Assembly (NCBI GenBank): GCA_030603885.1
Contig: JAUVWW010000001.1
Location: 2,680 to 66,679 of the forward strand
Length of the DNA: 64,000 nucleotides
Source: a bacterium
GTDB taxonomy: Bacteria; Patescibacteriota; JABMPQ01; JAUVWW01
Direction of reading: 5' to 3'
This document shows positions 29,606 to 39,381 of this stretch, piece after piece. Position 1 is the stretch's first letter. Every line of letters begins with the position of its first letter. The notes under the pieces are model-generated. The model was not told where the DNA came from. It was given only the letters and a program-made list of their open reading frames with translations, and made no database searches. The position numbers and the translations under genes are program-made.

Positions 29606-30397
29606 ATGATTGGAATTTTTGACTCTGGCGTTGGCGGACTAACCGTAGTCAGAGAAATATTTAAAATTTTACCCCAGTATCAGATTGTCTATTTTGGGGA
29701 TACGGCTCATTTGCCTTATGGTACCAAAAGCAAAGAGGCCGTTTGTAGATATAGCTTGGCTAATGTTCAGTTTTTATTAAATCAAGGAGCTAAGATTATT
29801 GTTATTGCCTGTCATACTGCATCAAGTTTAGCTGTAGATACTCTAAGAAAAAAATTTCCTAAAATTCCTATTTTTGATGTAGTTAAGCCAGGCATAAAAC
29901 AAGCTCTTGAGGTTACAAAAAATAAAAAAATTGGTATAATAGGAACATTAAGCACTATTAGAAGTGAGGCCCATAAAAAGGCTTTATTGAGCCTAAATCA
30001 AGGGGTTGAAGTTTTTTCCCAAGCTTGTCCCTTGCTTGTTCCCTTAGTTGAAGAAGGATGGATAAATAGGTCTGAGACTCGGAGGATTGTGAAATATTAT
30101 CTAAGGCATCTAAAACAAAAACAGATCGATACTTTGATTTTAGCTTGTACACATTATCCTTTATTAGAGAATTTAATTTCCAGTATAGCTGGAAGAAGGG
30201 TAACTTTGGTTGATCCTGCCCGAGAGGTAGCCAAAGAACTAAAAGAATTTTTAGAGAAAAATAAAGATATCGCTCAAACTTTAAAGAAAGGAAAAGATCA
30301 TAAATTCTTTGTTTCCGATGTACCTTATAAGTTTGGGGAACTATCTAGGAGATGTTTGGGTAGAGTAGTAAAAGTAGAGCAGGTGAGGATAGAATAG
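29606..30397 (+). CDS. murI: Glutamate racemase
   Basis: FDSGVGGLTV, PYG, ACHTAS, LACTHYP. Confidence 0.96.
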   Translation: MIGIFDSGVGGLTVVREIFKILPQYQIVYFGDTAHLPYGTKSKEAVCRYSLANVQFLLNQGAKIIVIACHTASSLAVDTLRKKFPKIPIFDVVKPGIKQALEVTKNKKIGIIGTLSTIRSEAHKKALLSLNQGVEVFSQACPLLVPLVEEGWINRSETRRIVKYYLRHLKQKQIDTLILACTHYPLLENLISSIAGRRVTLVDPAREVAKELKEFLEKNKDIAQTLKKGKDHKFFVSDVPYKFGELSRRCLGRVVKVEQVRIE

Positions 30398-30429
30398 ATT
30401 CACTATTCATGTAACACGAAACATAACTT

Positions 30430-30657
30430 ATGGCTAAATATTTCACAATCAGAGAAGCAAGACTGGCTTTAATGAGAATGGGTTTGTCTTCCTCTGTTCG
30501 TCGAAAAGTTTTAACTGAGTTAAGAAGAAAAGGCGGAGCTGCTATTTCTCCAGCTGAACTTAGAAATATTACTCGAAGAATGATGTGGGACACCAAAGAT
30601 GGTATATCTCGCCAGAGAGCTTGGAGAGTAAGAAGAAGACTAAAGAGAAAATTCTAA
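30430..30657 (+). CDS. Small Arg-rich hypothetical protein
   Basis: 75 aa ORF filling the murI-antiporter gap, co-oriented. Confidence 0.6.
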   Translation: MAKYFTIREARLALMRMGLSSSVRRKVLTELRRKGGAAISPAELRNITRRMMWDTKDGISRQRAWRVRRRLKRKF

Positions 30658-30679
30658 ATTACTAAGTTATTTATATATC

Positions 30680-31666
30680 ATGACTTTATTTCTCTGGATC
30701 GTCATCTTTTGTGTCAGTGTGGCTGTTTTGGTAAAAGGAGCTGACTGGTTTACTGAATCAGCAGAGAAAATTGGCTTGGCTTTTAAAGTTTCCCCTTTTA
30801 TTATCGGTGTTACTATAGTAGCTTTAGGTACCTCTCTTCCAGAGTTAGCTTCTTCAATAGCTGCTGTTCTAAAACAAAGCACTGAAATTGTTTCTGCCAA
30901 TGCCATTGGCTCAAATCTGGCTAATATTCTTTTAGTTATTGGACTAGCCAGTCTATTTGGTGGAACTTTGATAGTAAGACGAAGCCTGATTAATCTAGAT
31001 CTCCCTCTTTTGGCCTCAACTACTGTTTTGTGTCTCTTTTGTGTCATAGATAGACAGATTACAAGGTTTGAGGCTATAATCTTAATTTTAGCTTATCTTA
31101 TTTATTTAGCTTATACTATAGTTCAGCGAAAAGGTACTAAAGAGGAGACTAAAGAGGTTATGGAAGTTCTACCTTCTCGAGAAGAAAGAAGAGAAAAAGA
31201 AAGAAAAAGAATGGGAGGGCTAGGTTGGAAGATATTTTTCTTTTTAATTTTGGGAGCAGTACTACTTTATATTGGTGCTAATTACACTATTGAGTCAGTA
31301 ATGAAACTGTCGACTTTACTTGCTATTCCTACCGGCATCATTGCCATTTTAGCTCTGGCTATTGGTACTTCCTTGCCAGAACTGGTAGTTTCTGTTCGAG
31401 CTGCCATGCATAAAAAATATGAAATTGGATTGGGTAATATCCTTGGTTCTAATATTTTCAATATTTTATTAGTTATTGGAATACCTGGACTGATTAGTAC
31501 TCTTTCTTTAGATGAGACAACCTTTAAAATAGGAATTCCATTTTTGGTTGTAGCCACAATCTTGTTTGTTATCTCTGGGATTTCTAGAAGGATCCATGCT
31601 TGGGAAGGAGCCATGTATTTACTTATTTATGTTTTGTTCATTGGGATGTTGTTTGGATTTGTTTAG
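30680..31666 (+). CDS. Calcium/sodium antiporter (CaCA, YrbG-like)
   Basis: Two GTSLPE alpha repeats, GSNLAN and GSNIFN. Confidence 0.93.
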   Translation: MTLFLWIVIFCVSVAVLVKGADWFTESAEKIGLAFKVSPFIIGVTIVALGTSLPELASSIAAVLKQSTEIVSANAIGSNLANILLVIGLASLFGGTLIVRRSLINLDLPLLASTTVLCLFCVIDRQITRFEAIILILAYLIYLAYTIVQRKGTKEETKEVMEVLPSREERREKERKRMGGLGWKIFFFLILGAVLLYIGANYTIESVMKLSTLLAIPTGIIAILALAIGTSLPELVVSVRAAMHKKYEIGLGNILGSNIFNILLVIGIPGLISTLSLDETTFKIGIPFLVVATILFVISGISRRIHAWEGAMYLLIYVLFIGMLFGFV

Positions 31667-31683
31667 AGTCATCTAAATAATTT

Positions 31684-33351
31684 ATGCTCGACATCATTAT
31701 CAAAAACGGCACTGTCATTGATGGTGCAGGTAAAAAAATTTATAAGGCTGATTTAGGGGTAATCAATGGCAAGATTGTCACCATTGGAGATTTATCCAAG
31801 GCCAGGGCTGATGAAGTAATAGATGCTAAAGGTAAGTTTGTTACCCCTGGTTTTATTGATATCCATAATCTCTCGGATGGTTACCTGACTTTGTTTACCA
31901 TCCCCACTCAGGATAGTCTAGTCAGACAGGGCTGTACTACTGCCATTGGAGGAAATTGTGGTTCGTCTTTGGCACCTCTGGCTACCCCTCCTACTAATAG
32001 ATTACTAAGAAAAATTTGGGTATCCCGAAGACTTCCAGATATTATTTTAGCTCCCACTACAACTCTAGCCATGATCAAGTCTGTAAGACGTTGGGCTGAG
32101 ATATTTGGATTTAATATTAATTGGCTTACTTTTAGAGAATACTTGCGGGAAATTCAAAAAAGAGGTATAAGCATAAACTTTGGTTCATTAATTGGACATA
32201 CTACTCTAAGACGAGGGCTAATTAGGGACGAAGTTCGAGATTTGACCAAAGAAGAAATGAAGATGATGGAGGGTCTCATTACTCATGCCTTAGAAGAAGG
32301 AAGTTTTGGTTTATCTTTTGGACTTGCTTATTCACATGCCAATTTTGTAAAGACAGAAGAACTTGTAGATTTAGCTAGGTCAGTATCTAAAAGAAAGGGG
32401 ATTATAACCATTCATCTAAGAAACGAGGGAAAGAGACTAGTGGAAGCAGTAAAAGAAGCTATTGCGGTTGGAAAAGAGACGAAAGCTAGGATACAAATAG
32501 CTCATCTTAAGGCACAAGGGGAAGGGAGTTGGGGAAATTTTGCTAAAGCATTAGAAAGAATAGATGGTGCATCCCGAACCCAAGATATTCATTTTGATGT
32601 ATATCCTTATACTGCTACTGCTTCTGTGCTTTATATGTATCTTCCGGATTGGATCTCAAGAGGTGGTAGAGAGAAGACGTTGAAAAGATTACATGATCTA
32701 AAACTGAGAAAGAAAATTATTCAAGATACTAAAGAGCAAAGCATCGATTATGGAAAACTTAGAATAGCTCAATCTCCTTTTAATAAAACCTATGTGGGAC
32801 GGACTATTGGTGAGATTGCCGAAGGAAGAGCTATAGGAGTTGAGGAGGCTGTGTGTGAAGTATTGATTGCTGGAAGAGGCCATGTTATTGTATTTGACTC
32901 TTCGTTATCCGAGGAAAATCTAGAGAAAGCTATAAAAAATCCTTTATGTATGATTACTACCAATGGAGCCGGCTATAACTTAGAACATTATAGAAGCTTA
33001 AAGCAATTTAAGGGAGGCCAGCAGTTGGTTCATCCCCGATGTTTTGGAGCTTTTCCCAGATTTCTAGGTAGATATGTGAGAGAAAAGAAACTGATTTTTT
33101 GGGAAGAAGCTATCCGAAGAATTACGGGACTGCCAGCTAAAAAACTTGGCTTGACCAGACGAGGGATCATCAAGCAAGGCTATTTAGCTGACATTACAAT
33201 CTTTGATCCTAAAACAATAATTGATCGAGCTACTTATGATAATCCTTATCAGTATCCAAAAGGGATAGAATGGGTCTTGGTGAATGGGGAAGTGGTGGTA
33301 AGGAAGAGTAAGCATACTGGAAAGTTGGCAGGAAGGGTTCTTAGACATTAA
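31684..33351 (+). CDS. N-acyl-D-amino-acid deacylase family amidohydrolase
   Basis: PGFIDIH, GNCG.S, HLRNE, DVYPYTA, HPR.FG.FPR. Confidence 0.85.
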   Translation: MLDIIIKNGTVIDGAGKKIYKADLGVINGKIVTIGDLSKARADEVIDAKGKFVTPGFIDIHNLSDGYLTLFTIPTQDSLVRQGCTTAIGGNCGSSLAPLATPPTNRLLRKIWVSRRLPDIILAPTTTLAMIKSVRRWAEIFGFNINWLTFREYLREIQKRGISINFGSLIGHTTLRRGLIRDEVRDLTKEEMKMMEGLITHALEEGSFGLSFGLAYSHANFVKTEELVDLARSVSKRKGIITIHLRNEGKRLVEAVKEAIAVGKETKARIQIAHLKAQGEGSWGNFAKALERIDGASRTQDIHFDVYPYTATASVLYMYLPDWISRGGREKTLKRLHDLKLRKKIIQDTKEQSIDYGKLRIAQSPFNKTYVGRTIGEIAEGRAIGVEEAVCEVLIAGRGHVIVFDSSLSEENLEKAIKNPLCMITTNGAGYNLEHYRSLKQFKGGQQLVHPRCFGAFPRFLGRYVREKKLIFWEEAIRRITGLPAKKLGLTRRGIIKQGYLADITIFDPKTIIDRATYDNPYQYPKGIEWVLVNGEVVVRKSKHTGKLAGRVLRH

Positions 33352-33359
33352 TAAAGCTA

Positions 33360-34112
33360 ATGGCAAAAGAAATTATTTCATCTTCAAAGAAACTTTCCAA
33401 ATTCCCTGATATTATCCAGGGAATTTTAGTTGGGAGGCTAATGTTTTATAATAACGATCCTAGAGAAGTAGTAGCAAATAGAAAAAGAGCATTTGCTAGT
33501 TTGGGAATTGATTTAAAGAAGGTGGTTATCCAAAGGCAAGAGCATGGAAATAAGACTAGAGTAATTTCAGGGAAAGATCAAGGAGCTGGGGTTTTTGATC
33601 CCAAAGCTTACTTAAAGGGTACCGACGGAATGATTACCAAAGACAAAGGAGTATTTTTAGTCGTCCACACTGCAGATTGTGTTCCCATAAGTTTTTATGA
33701 TCCGAAAAAGAAAATAGTGGCTATAGCCCATGCTGGTTGGAAGGGAACAGCAGACAAGGTAGGGAAGAAAAGCGTATTAAAGATGAAAGAAGTATTCAAC
33801 TGTGATCTAAAGAATATTATTGCTTATATTGGACCATCTATCGGGCCATGCTGTTACAAAATAGAAAATCGAGATAAAAAGATAACCAAGTTTAAAAAAG
33901 CCTTCCCTGATTGTGTACATGAGAAGGCCAAGGGGATTTACCTCGACCTATGGAAAGCAAACAAAAAACAGCTTCTAGAAGCTGGAGTTTTAGAGAGAAA
34001 TATCGAGGAATCTAAGATTTGTACTTGTTGTAGTAAATTAGATTTACCTTCGCACTATCGAGAAGGAAAAAAGAGAAATAGATCGATTTTGTCGGTGATT
34101 GGGAGGAGATAG
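33360..34112 (+). CDS. pgeF: PgeF/YfiH family protein
   Basis: QEHG, TADCVP, HAGWKG, GPSIGPCCY. Confidence 0.9.
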   Translation: MAKEIISSSKKLSKFPDIIQGILVGRLMFYNNDPREVVANRKRAFASLGIDLKKVVIQRQEHGNKTRVISGKDQGAGVFDPKAYLKGTDGMITKDKGVFLVVHTADCVPISFYDPKKKIVAIAHAGWKGTADKVGKKSVLKMKEVFNCDLKNIIAYIGPSIGPCCYKIENRDKKITKFKKAFPDCVHEKAKGIYLDLWKANKKQLLEAGVLERNIEESKICTCCSKLDLPSHYREGKKRNRSILSVIGRR

Positions 34113-34125
34113 TGATTAAGAAATC

Positions 34126-34154
34126 TTGTCAAATTTTATTTTTTATGGTAGGAT
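34126..34154 (+). promoter_or_regulatory. Sigma70 promoter of murD-ftsW-murG-murC-murB
   Basis: TTGTCA-17 nt-TAGGAT with TG extension. Confidence 0.55.
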
Positions 34155-34174
34155 AGTTTGAGGTTAAATGAAAT

Positions 34175-35641
34175 ATGGAATTAAAAGATCTAAAAAATAA
34201 GAATATTCATATTGTAGGCATCTCTGGTGCAGAAGGGTCAGCTATTGCCGATTTTTTGGTTAGTCAAGGGGCAAAGCATATTACTGGCCATGATTTTTGT
34301 GAGAACAAGGATTTTAAGAGGAGTTTTAATTTGTATCATGATTGGATGACATCAAGAGAGAAGAAAAAGGTCTTTTCAAGACTAAAAAAGCTACCAATTA
34401 AATTTAGATTTAAAGATTATTATCTAATTGATGTTCACAAAGCAGATCTTATCTTTGTTCCCCAATCTTGGTTTAGATACAAGATTAACGAAAAACTTAG
34501 GCGTCTTGAAGGAAAGATTCCCTTTTCTTCCATTGCTAAATTATATTTTCAACTTTGTCCCTGTCCTATCATTGGCATTACTGGTACCTCAGGAAAATCT
34601 ACTACAACTAGGTTAATTTATGAAGTTTTAGAAAAAGGCCATACTAAAGGTAAAGTTTATTTCTCGGGCAATGACCGCCAAAATGTCCAAGTGCTGAATC
34701 AAGTTTCTAATATGAAATTAGAAGATGTATTAGTTTTAGAAATCTCCAATAGACAGCTGAAGATTGATTTAGGAAGAAGTCCCTATATTTCTGTAATTAC
34801 TAATATCTCGCCAAACCATCTTGATGATCATAAAGGAGATTACAAAAATTATATCAATACCAAGAAAAAGATTTTAAAATATCAGACAGGAAAAGATTTT
34901 GCTGTATTGAATAATGATAATAGTATAACTAGAAAATTTTCAAAAGAATGTAAGTCTCAAGCATTTTTATTTTCCAGAAAAAAGAAGCTAGAAGAAGGTG
35001 CCTATGTAAAAGAAGGCAGACTCTTTCTTAGAAAAAATAATAGAGAATATATAATCTGCTTTAGAAAAGATCTAAAAATTCCTGGTCCTCACAATATAGA
35101 GAATGCTTTGGCTGCTTCATTAACCTGCTTTCTCTTTGGGATTAATACTAAAATAATACGTGAGACCTTACCTCAGTTTTCTGGCTTAAAGCACAGACTA
35201 GAATTTGTCCGAGAACTTCAAGGCGTAAAATACTACGAAGATTCCTCTGCTTGCAATCCAGATGGGCCAAGAGTAGCGGTACAGACTTTCCATCAACCTA
35301 AGATTTTAATTGCTGGCGGATCAAGAAAAAGACCTATACCTGGCGAATTTGATGCCATGGCTAAATCTATCCTAAAACATAATGTTAAAGCTTTGCTTTT
35401 GATAGGCGAGATGAGCTCTACTATTGAACGGGCAGTCCGCAAAAAAATAAAAGAACTGAATTCCAAAGGATTATTAATAAAACCATATTCTGATTTAAAA
35501 AAAGCGGTTTTAGATGCTCATAAAATAGCTTGCCCAAGCGAAGTGATAATTTTGTCTCCTGGATGTGAAAGTTTTGGCATGTTCCAGGATTATAGAGATA
35601 GGGGAAGGCAATTCAAAAAAATAGTTAGGAACCTAACTTAG
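34175..35641 (+). CDS. murD: UDP-MurNAc-L-Ala:D-Glu ligase
   Basis: GTSGKSTT, NHLD.H, HRLE, LSPGCESFGMF..Y..RG. Confidence 0.9.
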   Translation: MELKDLKNKNIHIVGISGAEGSAIADFLVSQGAKHITGHDFCENKDFKRSFNLYHDWMTSREKKKVFSRLKKLPIKFRFKDYYLIDVHKADLIFVPQSWFRYKINEKLRRLEGKIPFSSIAKLYFQLCPCPIIGITGTSGKSTTTRLIYEVLEKGHTKGKVYFSGNDRQNVQVLNQVSNMKLEDVLVLEISNRQLKIDLGRSPYISVITNISPNHLDDHKGDYKNYINTKKKILKYQTGKDFAVLNNDNSITRKFSKECKSQAFLFSRKKKLEEGAYVKEGRLFLRKNNREYIICFRKDLKIPGPHNIENALAASLTCFLFGINTKIIRETLPQFSGLKHRLEFVRELQGVKYYEDSSACNPDGPRVAVQTFHQPKILIAGGSRKRPIPGEFDAMAKSILKHNVKALLLIGEMSSTIERAVRKKIKELNSKGLLIKPYSDLKKAVLDAHKIACPSEVIILSPGCESFGMFQDYRDRGRQFKKIVRNLT

Positions 35642-35646
35642 AATTA

Positions 35647-36771
35647 ATGTCTAAGCCTCACAAACCAGATTATATCCTAGTCCTTGTTGTCTTTGCTTTG
35701 GTTATTTTTGGTCTTATTATGATGGCTTCGGCCTCATCAGTTATTTCCTATGAGAAATTTGGGGAGAATTATTATTACTTTAGACACCAGCTAATATTTG
35801 GAGTTCTTTTAGGCCTTATTGCTTTTACTATCACTTCCCGAGTTGATTACCGTTTTTGGCAAAAATTAGCAGTACCAGCACTTTTGATAACCTTGGCTTT
35901 ATTAGTTCTAGTTTTTATTCCTCGTCTTGGTCTTGAATATGGCGGAGCCAAGAGATGGATACATATAGGACCCTATACTATACAGCCTACAGAAATTGCT
36001 AAGCTAACCTTTTTGCTTTATCTTGCCACTTGGCTTGAAAAAAGAGGAAAGGGTATCAAAGATTGGAAATATGGATTTTTACCATTTATTGCCATTTTGG
36101 GGGTAATTGGTCTTTTGATTATGCTTCAACCCGATCTAGGTACTTTTTGTGTCGTTGCCCTAATAGCTGTGATAGTATATTTTGTGGCTGGAGCAAGTTG
36201 GCCCCATCTTGTTGCCATAGGAGCAGGAGGAGTAGCTTTATTTTGGCTCTTAGTAAAAGTAGCGCCCTATAGAATGGCTAGATTTACTGTATTTTTAAAT
36301 CCTGAACTTGATCCTGAAGGGATTGGCTATCAAATCAATCAGGCACTTTTAGCCATTGGTTCTGGAGGACTTTTTGGTCGAGGACTAGGAAAGAGCATTC
36401 AAAAATTTCAATATCTACCTGAGGCCGCTGGAGACTCTATATTTGCTATTATTGCCGAAGAGTTAGGTTTTCTTCGTATTTTACTACTTATTGGTCTGTT
36501 TGCAGTTTTTGCGGCACTAGGATTTAGGATTGCTCGCAATGCTCCAGATAATTTTGGAAAATTAGTAGCAGTTGGGGTAACTGCCTGGCTTGGTTTTCAG
36601 TCTTTCATTAATATAGCTGCTATGGTTAATTTAATTCCTTTAACTGGAATTCCTTTACCTTTTATAAGTTATGGAGGTACAGCCTTAATGGTTTCCTTGG
36701 CAGCAGTAGGAATATTGGTGAATATATCGCGGTATACTACTGAAGAGGCGAAGAGAAGAAGAAGATATTAG
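35647..36771 (+). CDS. ftsW: SEDS peptidoglycan polymerase FtsW
   Basis: GAKRWI, QPTE, QPDLG, GIPLPFISYGG; lies between murD and murG. Confidence 0.93.
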   Translation: MSKPHKPDYILVLVVFALVIFGLIMMASASSVISYEKFGENYYYFRHQLIFGVLLGLIAFTITSRVDYRFWQKLAVPALLITLALLVLVFIPRLGLEYGGAKRWIHIGPYTIQPTEIAKLTFLLYLATWLEKRGKGIKDWKYGFLPFIAILGVIGLLIMLQPDLGTFCVVALIAVIVYFVAGASWPHLVAIGAGGVALFWLLVKVAPYRMARFTVFLNPELDPEGIGYQINQALLAIGSGGLFGRGLGKSIQKFQYLPEAAGDSIFAIIAEELGFLRILLLIGLFAVFAALGFRIARNAPDNFGKLVAVGVTAWLGFQSFINIAAMVNLIPLTGIPLPFISYGGTALMVSLAAVGILVNISRYTTEEAKRRRRY

Positions 36772-36798
36772 ATGATTTTTAATTTAGAGTTTTAAAGT

Positions 36799-37896
36799 AT
36801 GCGTATTCTACTAACCGGTGGAGGAACTGGTGGCCATGTCTTTCCTATCTTAGCTGTAGTTAATGAATTGAAAAGACTCTCCGAAGAAAAAGTCGATTTT
36901 TTATGGATAGGATCTCGGAAAGGACCAGAACGAGATTCTGCCAAAAAACGTGGTATTCCTTATAGATCCATTTGTACTGGAAAATTTAGACGTTATTTTT
37001 CTTGGCTTAATTTTCTAGACATATTTAGAATACCCATAGGCAAAGCTCAAGCTTTTTTTATAATTAGATCTTTTAGACCAGATGCAATTTTCTCCAAAGG
37101 TGGATATGTGAGTCTCCCTGCAGTTTTGGCTGGATGGTCCTTGAGAGTCCCCAGTTTGATTCATGAATCAGATACTGTACCTGGACTGGCTAATCGTTTT
37201 TTGAGTAAATTTGTATTAAAGATTGCTATTTCGTTCAAGGAGACCGAGAAATATTTTCCAACTCCAAAATGCATCCTAACAGGAAATCCTATAAGACCCG
37301 GGATTCTAGAAGGATCAAAAGAAAGAGGATTTAGATATTTTGGTCTGGAATATGGACGGCCGATCATTTTAGTGACTGGAGGAAGCCAGGGATCAAGGAA
37401 AATTAATGAAATAACAGTAAAAGCTTTACCAAAATTATTAGAAAAGTATCAGCTAATACATTTGTGTGGGAAAAGAAACTTATCAGCTGTCAGCCGCAAG
37501 CTACCATCTATTAGTCTAAAGAATTATAAACTCTATCCATTCTTGCCTGTTCTCAAGATGGCTGATGCTTTGGCTGTTGCTGACTTAGTTGTCTCTAGAG
37601 CTGGAGCTAATCTTTTAGCAGAACTGGCTGTTTTAGGAAAACCTTCTATTTTAATCCCTCTGCCAACTGCAGCTTCAGATCATCAAAGAAAAAATGCTCG
37701 GGTTTTTGAGAAGGAAAACGCAACTTTTGTTATAGAAGAGAAAGATTTAGCTCACGATACCTTATTTAAAGAAATAAACTGGTTGTTTGAACATAGAGAA
37801 AGATTAGATAAAATGAGCGGAAATGTGCTAAAATTAGCCAGACCAAATGCAGCAAGAAGGATAGTTGAAGAGATTTTAAACTTGATTAAAAAATGA
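36799..37896 (+). CDS. murG: Lipid I N-acetylglucosamine transferase
   Basis: GGGTGGH, GGYVS, GNPIR, GGSQG, HQ..NA. Confidence 0.96.
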   Translation: MRILLTGGGTGGHVFPILAVVNELKRLSEEKVDFLWIGSRKGPERDSAKKRGIPYRSICTGKFRRYFSWLNFLDIFRIPIGKAQAFFIIRSFRPDAIFSKGGYVSLPAVLAGWSLRVPSLIHESDTVPGLANRFLSKFVLKIAISFKETEKYFPTPKCILTGNPIRPGILEGSKERGFRYFGLEYGRPIILVTGGSQGSRKINEITVKALPKLLEKYQLIHLCGKRNLSAVSRKLPSISLKNYKLYPFLPVLKMADALAVADLVVSRAGANLLAELAVLGKPSILIPLPTAASDHQRKNARVFEKENATFVIEEKDLAHDTLFKEINWLFEHRERLDKMSGNVLKLARPNAARRIVEEILNLIKK

Positions 37897-39326
37897 AAAT
37901 AAATTTAGAAAAAATTAAAAGAGCCCATCTTATTGGCATTGGTGGAATTGGAGTCTCTGCTATTGCTAGGATTTTACTAAAGAAGGGTATTCAGGTTTCT
38001 GGGTCTGACCTAGAGAGATCTAAAGTTACTAATAATCTTAAAAAACTAGGCATTAAAGTATTTTGCGGCCAGCATAGACCTGAAAATATTGAAAGAGATA
38101 TTAATCTAGTAGTTCATACGGTGGCTGCTTCTAAAGATAATCCAGAGCTTATCCAAGCTAAAGAGTTTAAAATCCCTACTCTAACTTTTCCTCAAATTTT
38201 AGGTGAATTGACCAAAGATAAATTTACTATTGCAGTCTCGGGCACTCATGGAAAAACAACCACTACCTCCTTAGCCTCTTTAGTTTTAGAAAAAGGTGGT
38301 TTTGATCCGACCGTAGTTATTGGCTCAAATTTAGAAGCCTTCAAAGGAAATGCCAGGGTAGGGAAAAGTAAATACTTTGTTATTGAAGCAGATGAATATA
38401 GAAAAGCCTTTTTAAATTACTCTCCTAATATTGTGGTATTGACCAGTCTTGAATATGAGCACCCTGATTGTTACAAAAATTTAAAAGCAGTCAAGAAAGC
38501 CTTTAGTGATTTTCTAAAAAAATTGCCAGCTAAGGGTATGGTTATTGCCTGCTTTGATGATGCCAATGTGCGAGATCTTATAGAAAAGTCAAAAGCCTAC
38601 CCTGAGCGAAGTCGAGGGGTTATAAGTTATGGGTTTAGTGAAGATGTAACTTTTAGAATAGGAAATGTAATTCAGAAAAGAAGAGGAACAACTTTTCAGA
38701 TTACAAAAAACAACGAGCTTATTGGTGAATTTAAGCTCGTTATTCCAGGAATACATAATGTTCTAAATGCCACAGCGGCCATAGCTTTAGCCCTTGAGCT
38801 TGGAATTAGTATCGGAGCCATCAAGCGAACTTTAACTGGATTTAAGGGAGCTTGGCGAAGATTTGAGAAAAAAGGAGAAGTCAAAGGAGTAACTATTATC
38901 GATGATTATGCTCATCATCCAACAGAAGTTCAAGCAACTTTAGCTGCTGCTCGGAAACTATTTGGAGATAAAAAGATCATTTGTGTCTTTCAGCCCCATC
39001 ATTATCAAAGAATAAAAGCCTTGATTTGGGATTTTGTAAAAAGCTTTTCAAATGCAGACGAGATTGTTATTTGTGATATCTATTCTGTGGCTGGTCGAGA
39101 AGATAAACTAACACAAAGAGAAGTAAGCTCAAAAATGCTAGTAGAAGAGATAGCCAAGTTAGGTAAAGATGTGAAATATATAGGGGAGCTTGATGAAGTA
39201 GTAAAGTATTTAGCAAAGCATACTAAAAAAGAAGATGTGGTCATTACTATGGGAGCAGGGGATGTGACTGAGGTAGGGGATAAGCTGGTAAGAAGTTTAA
39301 AACGCAAAAGGAAAAGTGTAAGATAA
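37893..39326 (+). CDS. murC: UDP-MurNAc:L-Ala ligase
   Basis: GIGGIG, GTHGKTTT, EADE, DDYAHHPTE. Confidence 0.96.
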   Translation: MKINLEKIKRAHLIGIGGIGVSAIARILLKKGIQVSGSDLERSKVTNNLKKLGIKVFCGQHRPENIERDINLVVHTVAASKDNPELIQAKEFKIPTLTFPQILGELTKDKFTIAVSGTHGKTTTTSLASLVLEKGGFDPTVVIGSNLEAFKGNARVGKSKYFVIEADEYRKAFLNYSPNIVVLTSLEYEHPDCYKNLKAVKKAFSDFLKKLPAKGMVIACFDDANVRDLIEKSKAYPERSRGVISYGFSEDVTFRIGNVIQKRRGTTFQITKNNELIGEFKLVIPGIHNVLNATAAIALALELGISIGAIKRTLTGFKGAWRRFEKKGEVKGVTIIDDYAHHPTEVQATLAAARKLFGDKKIICVFQPHHYQRIKALIWDFVKSFSNADEIVICDIYSVAGREDKLTQREVSSKMLVEEIAKLGKDVKYIGELDEVVKYLAKHTKKEDVVITMGAGDVTEVGDKLVRSLKRKRKSVR

Positions 39327-39381
39327 GAGTGCAAAATTTAAAATGACTTTTTGATGTCAGTTATTATTTTTAGTTTTAACC

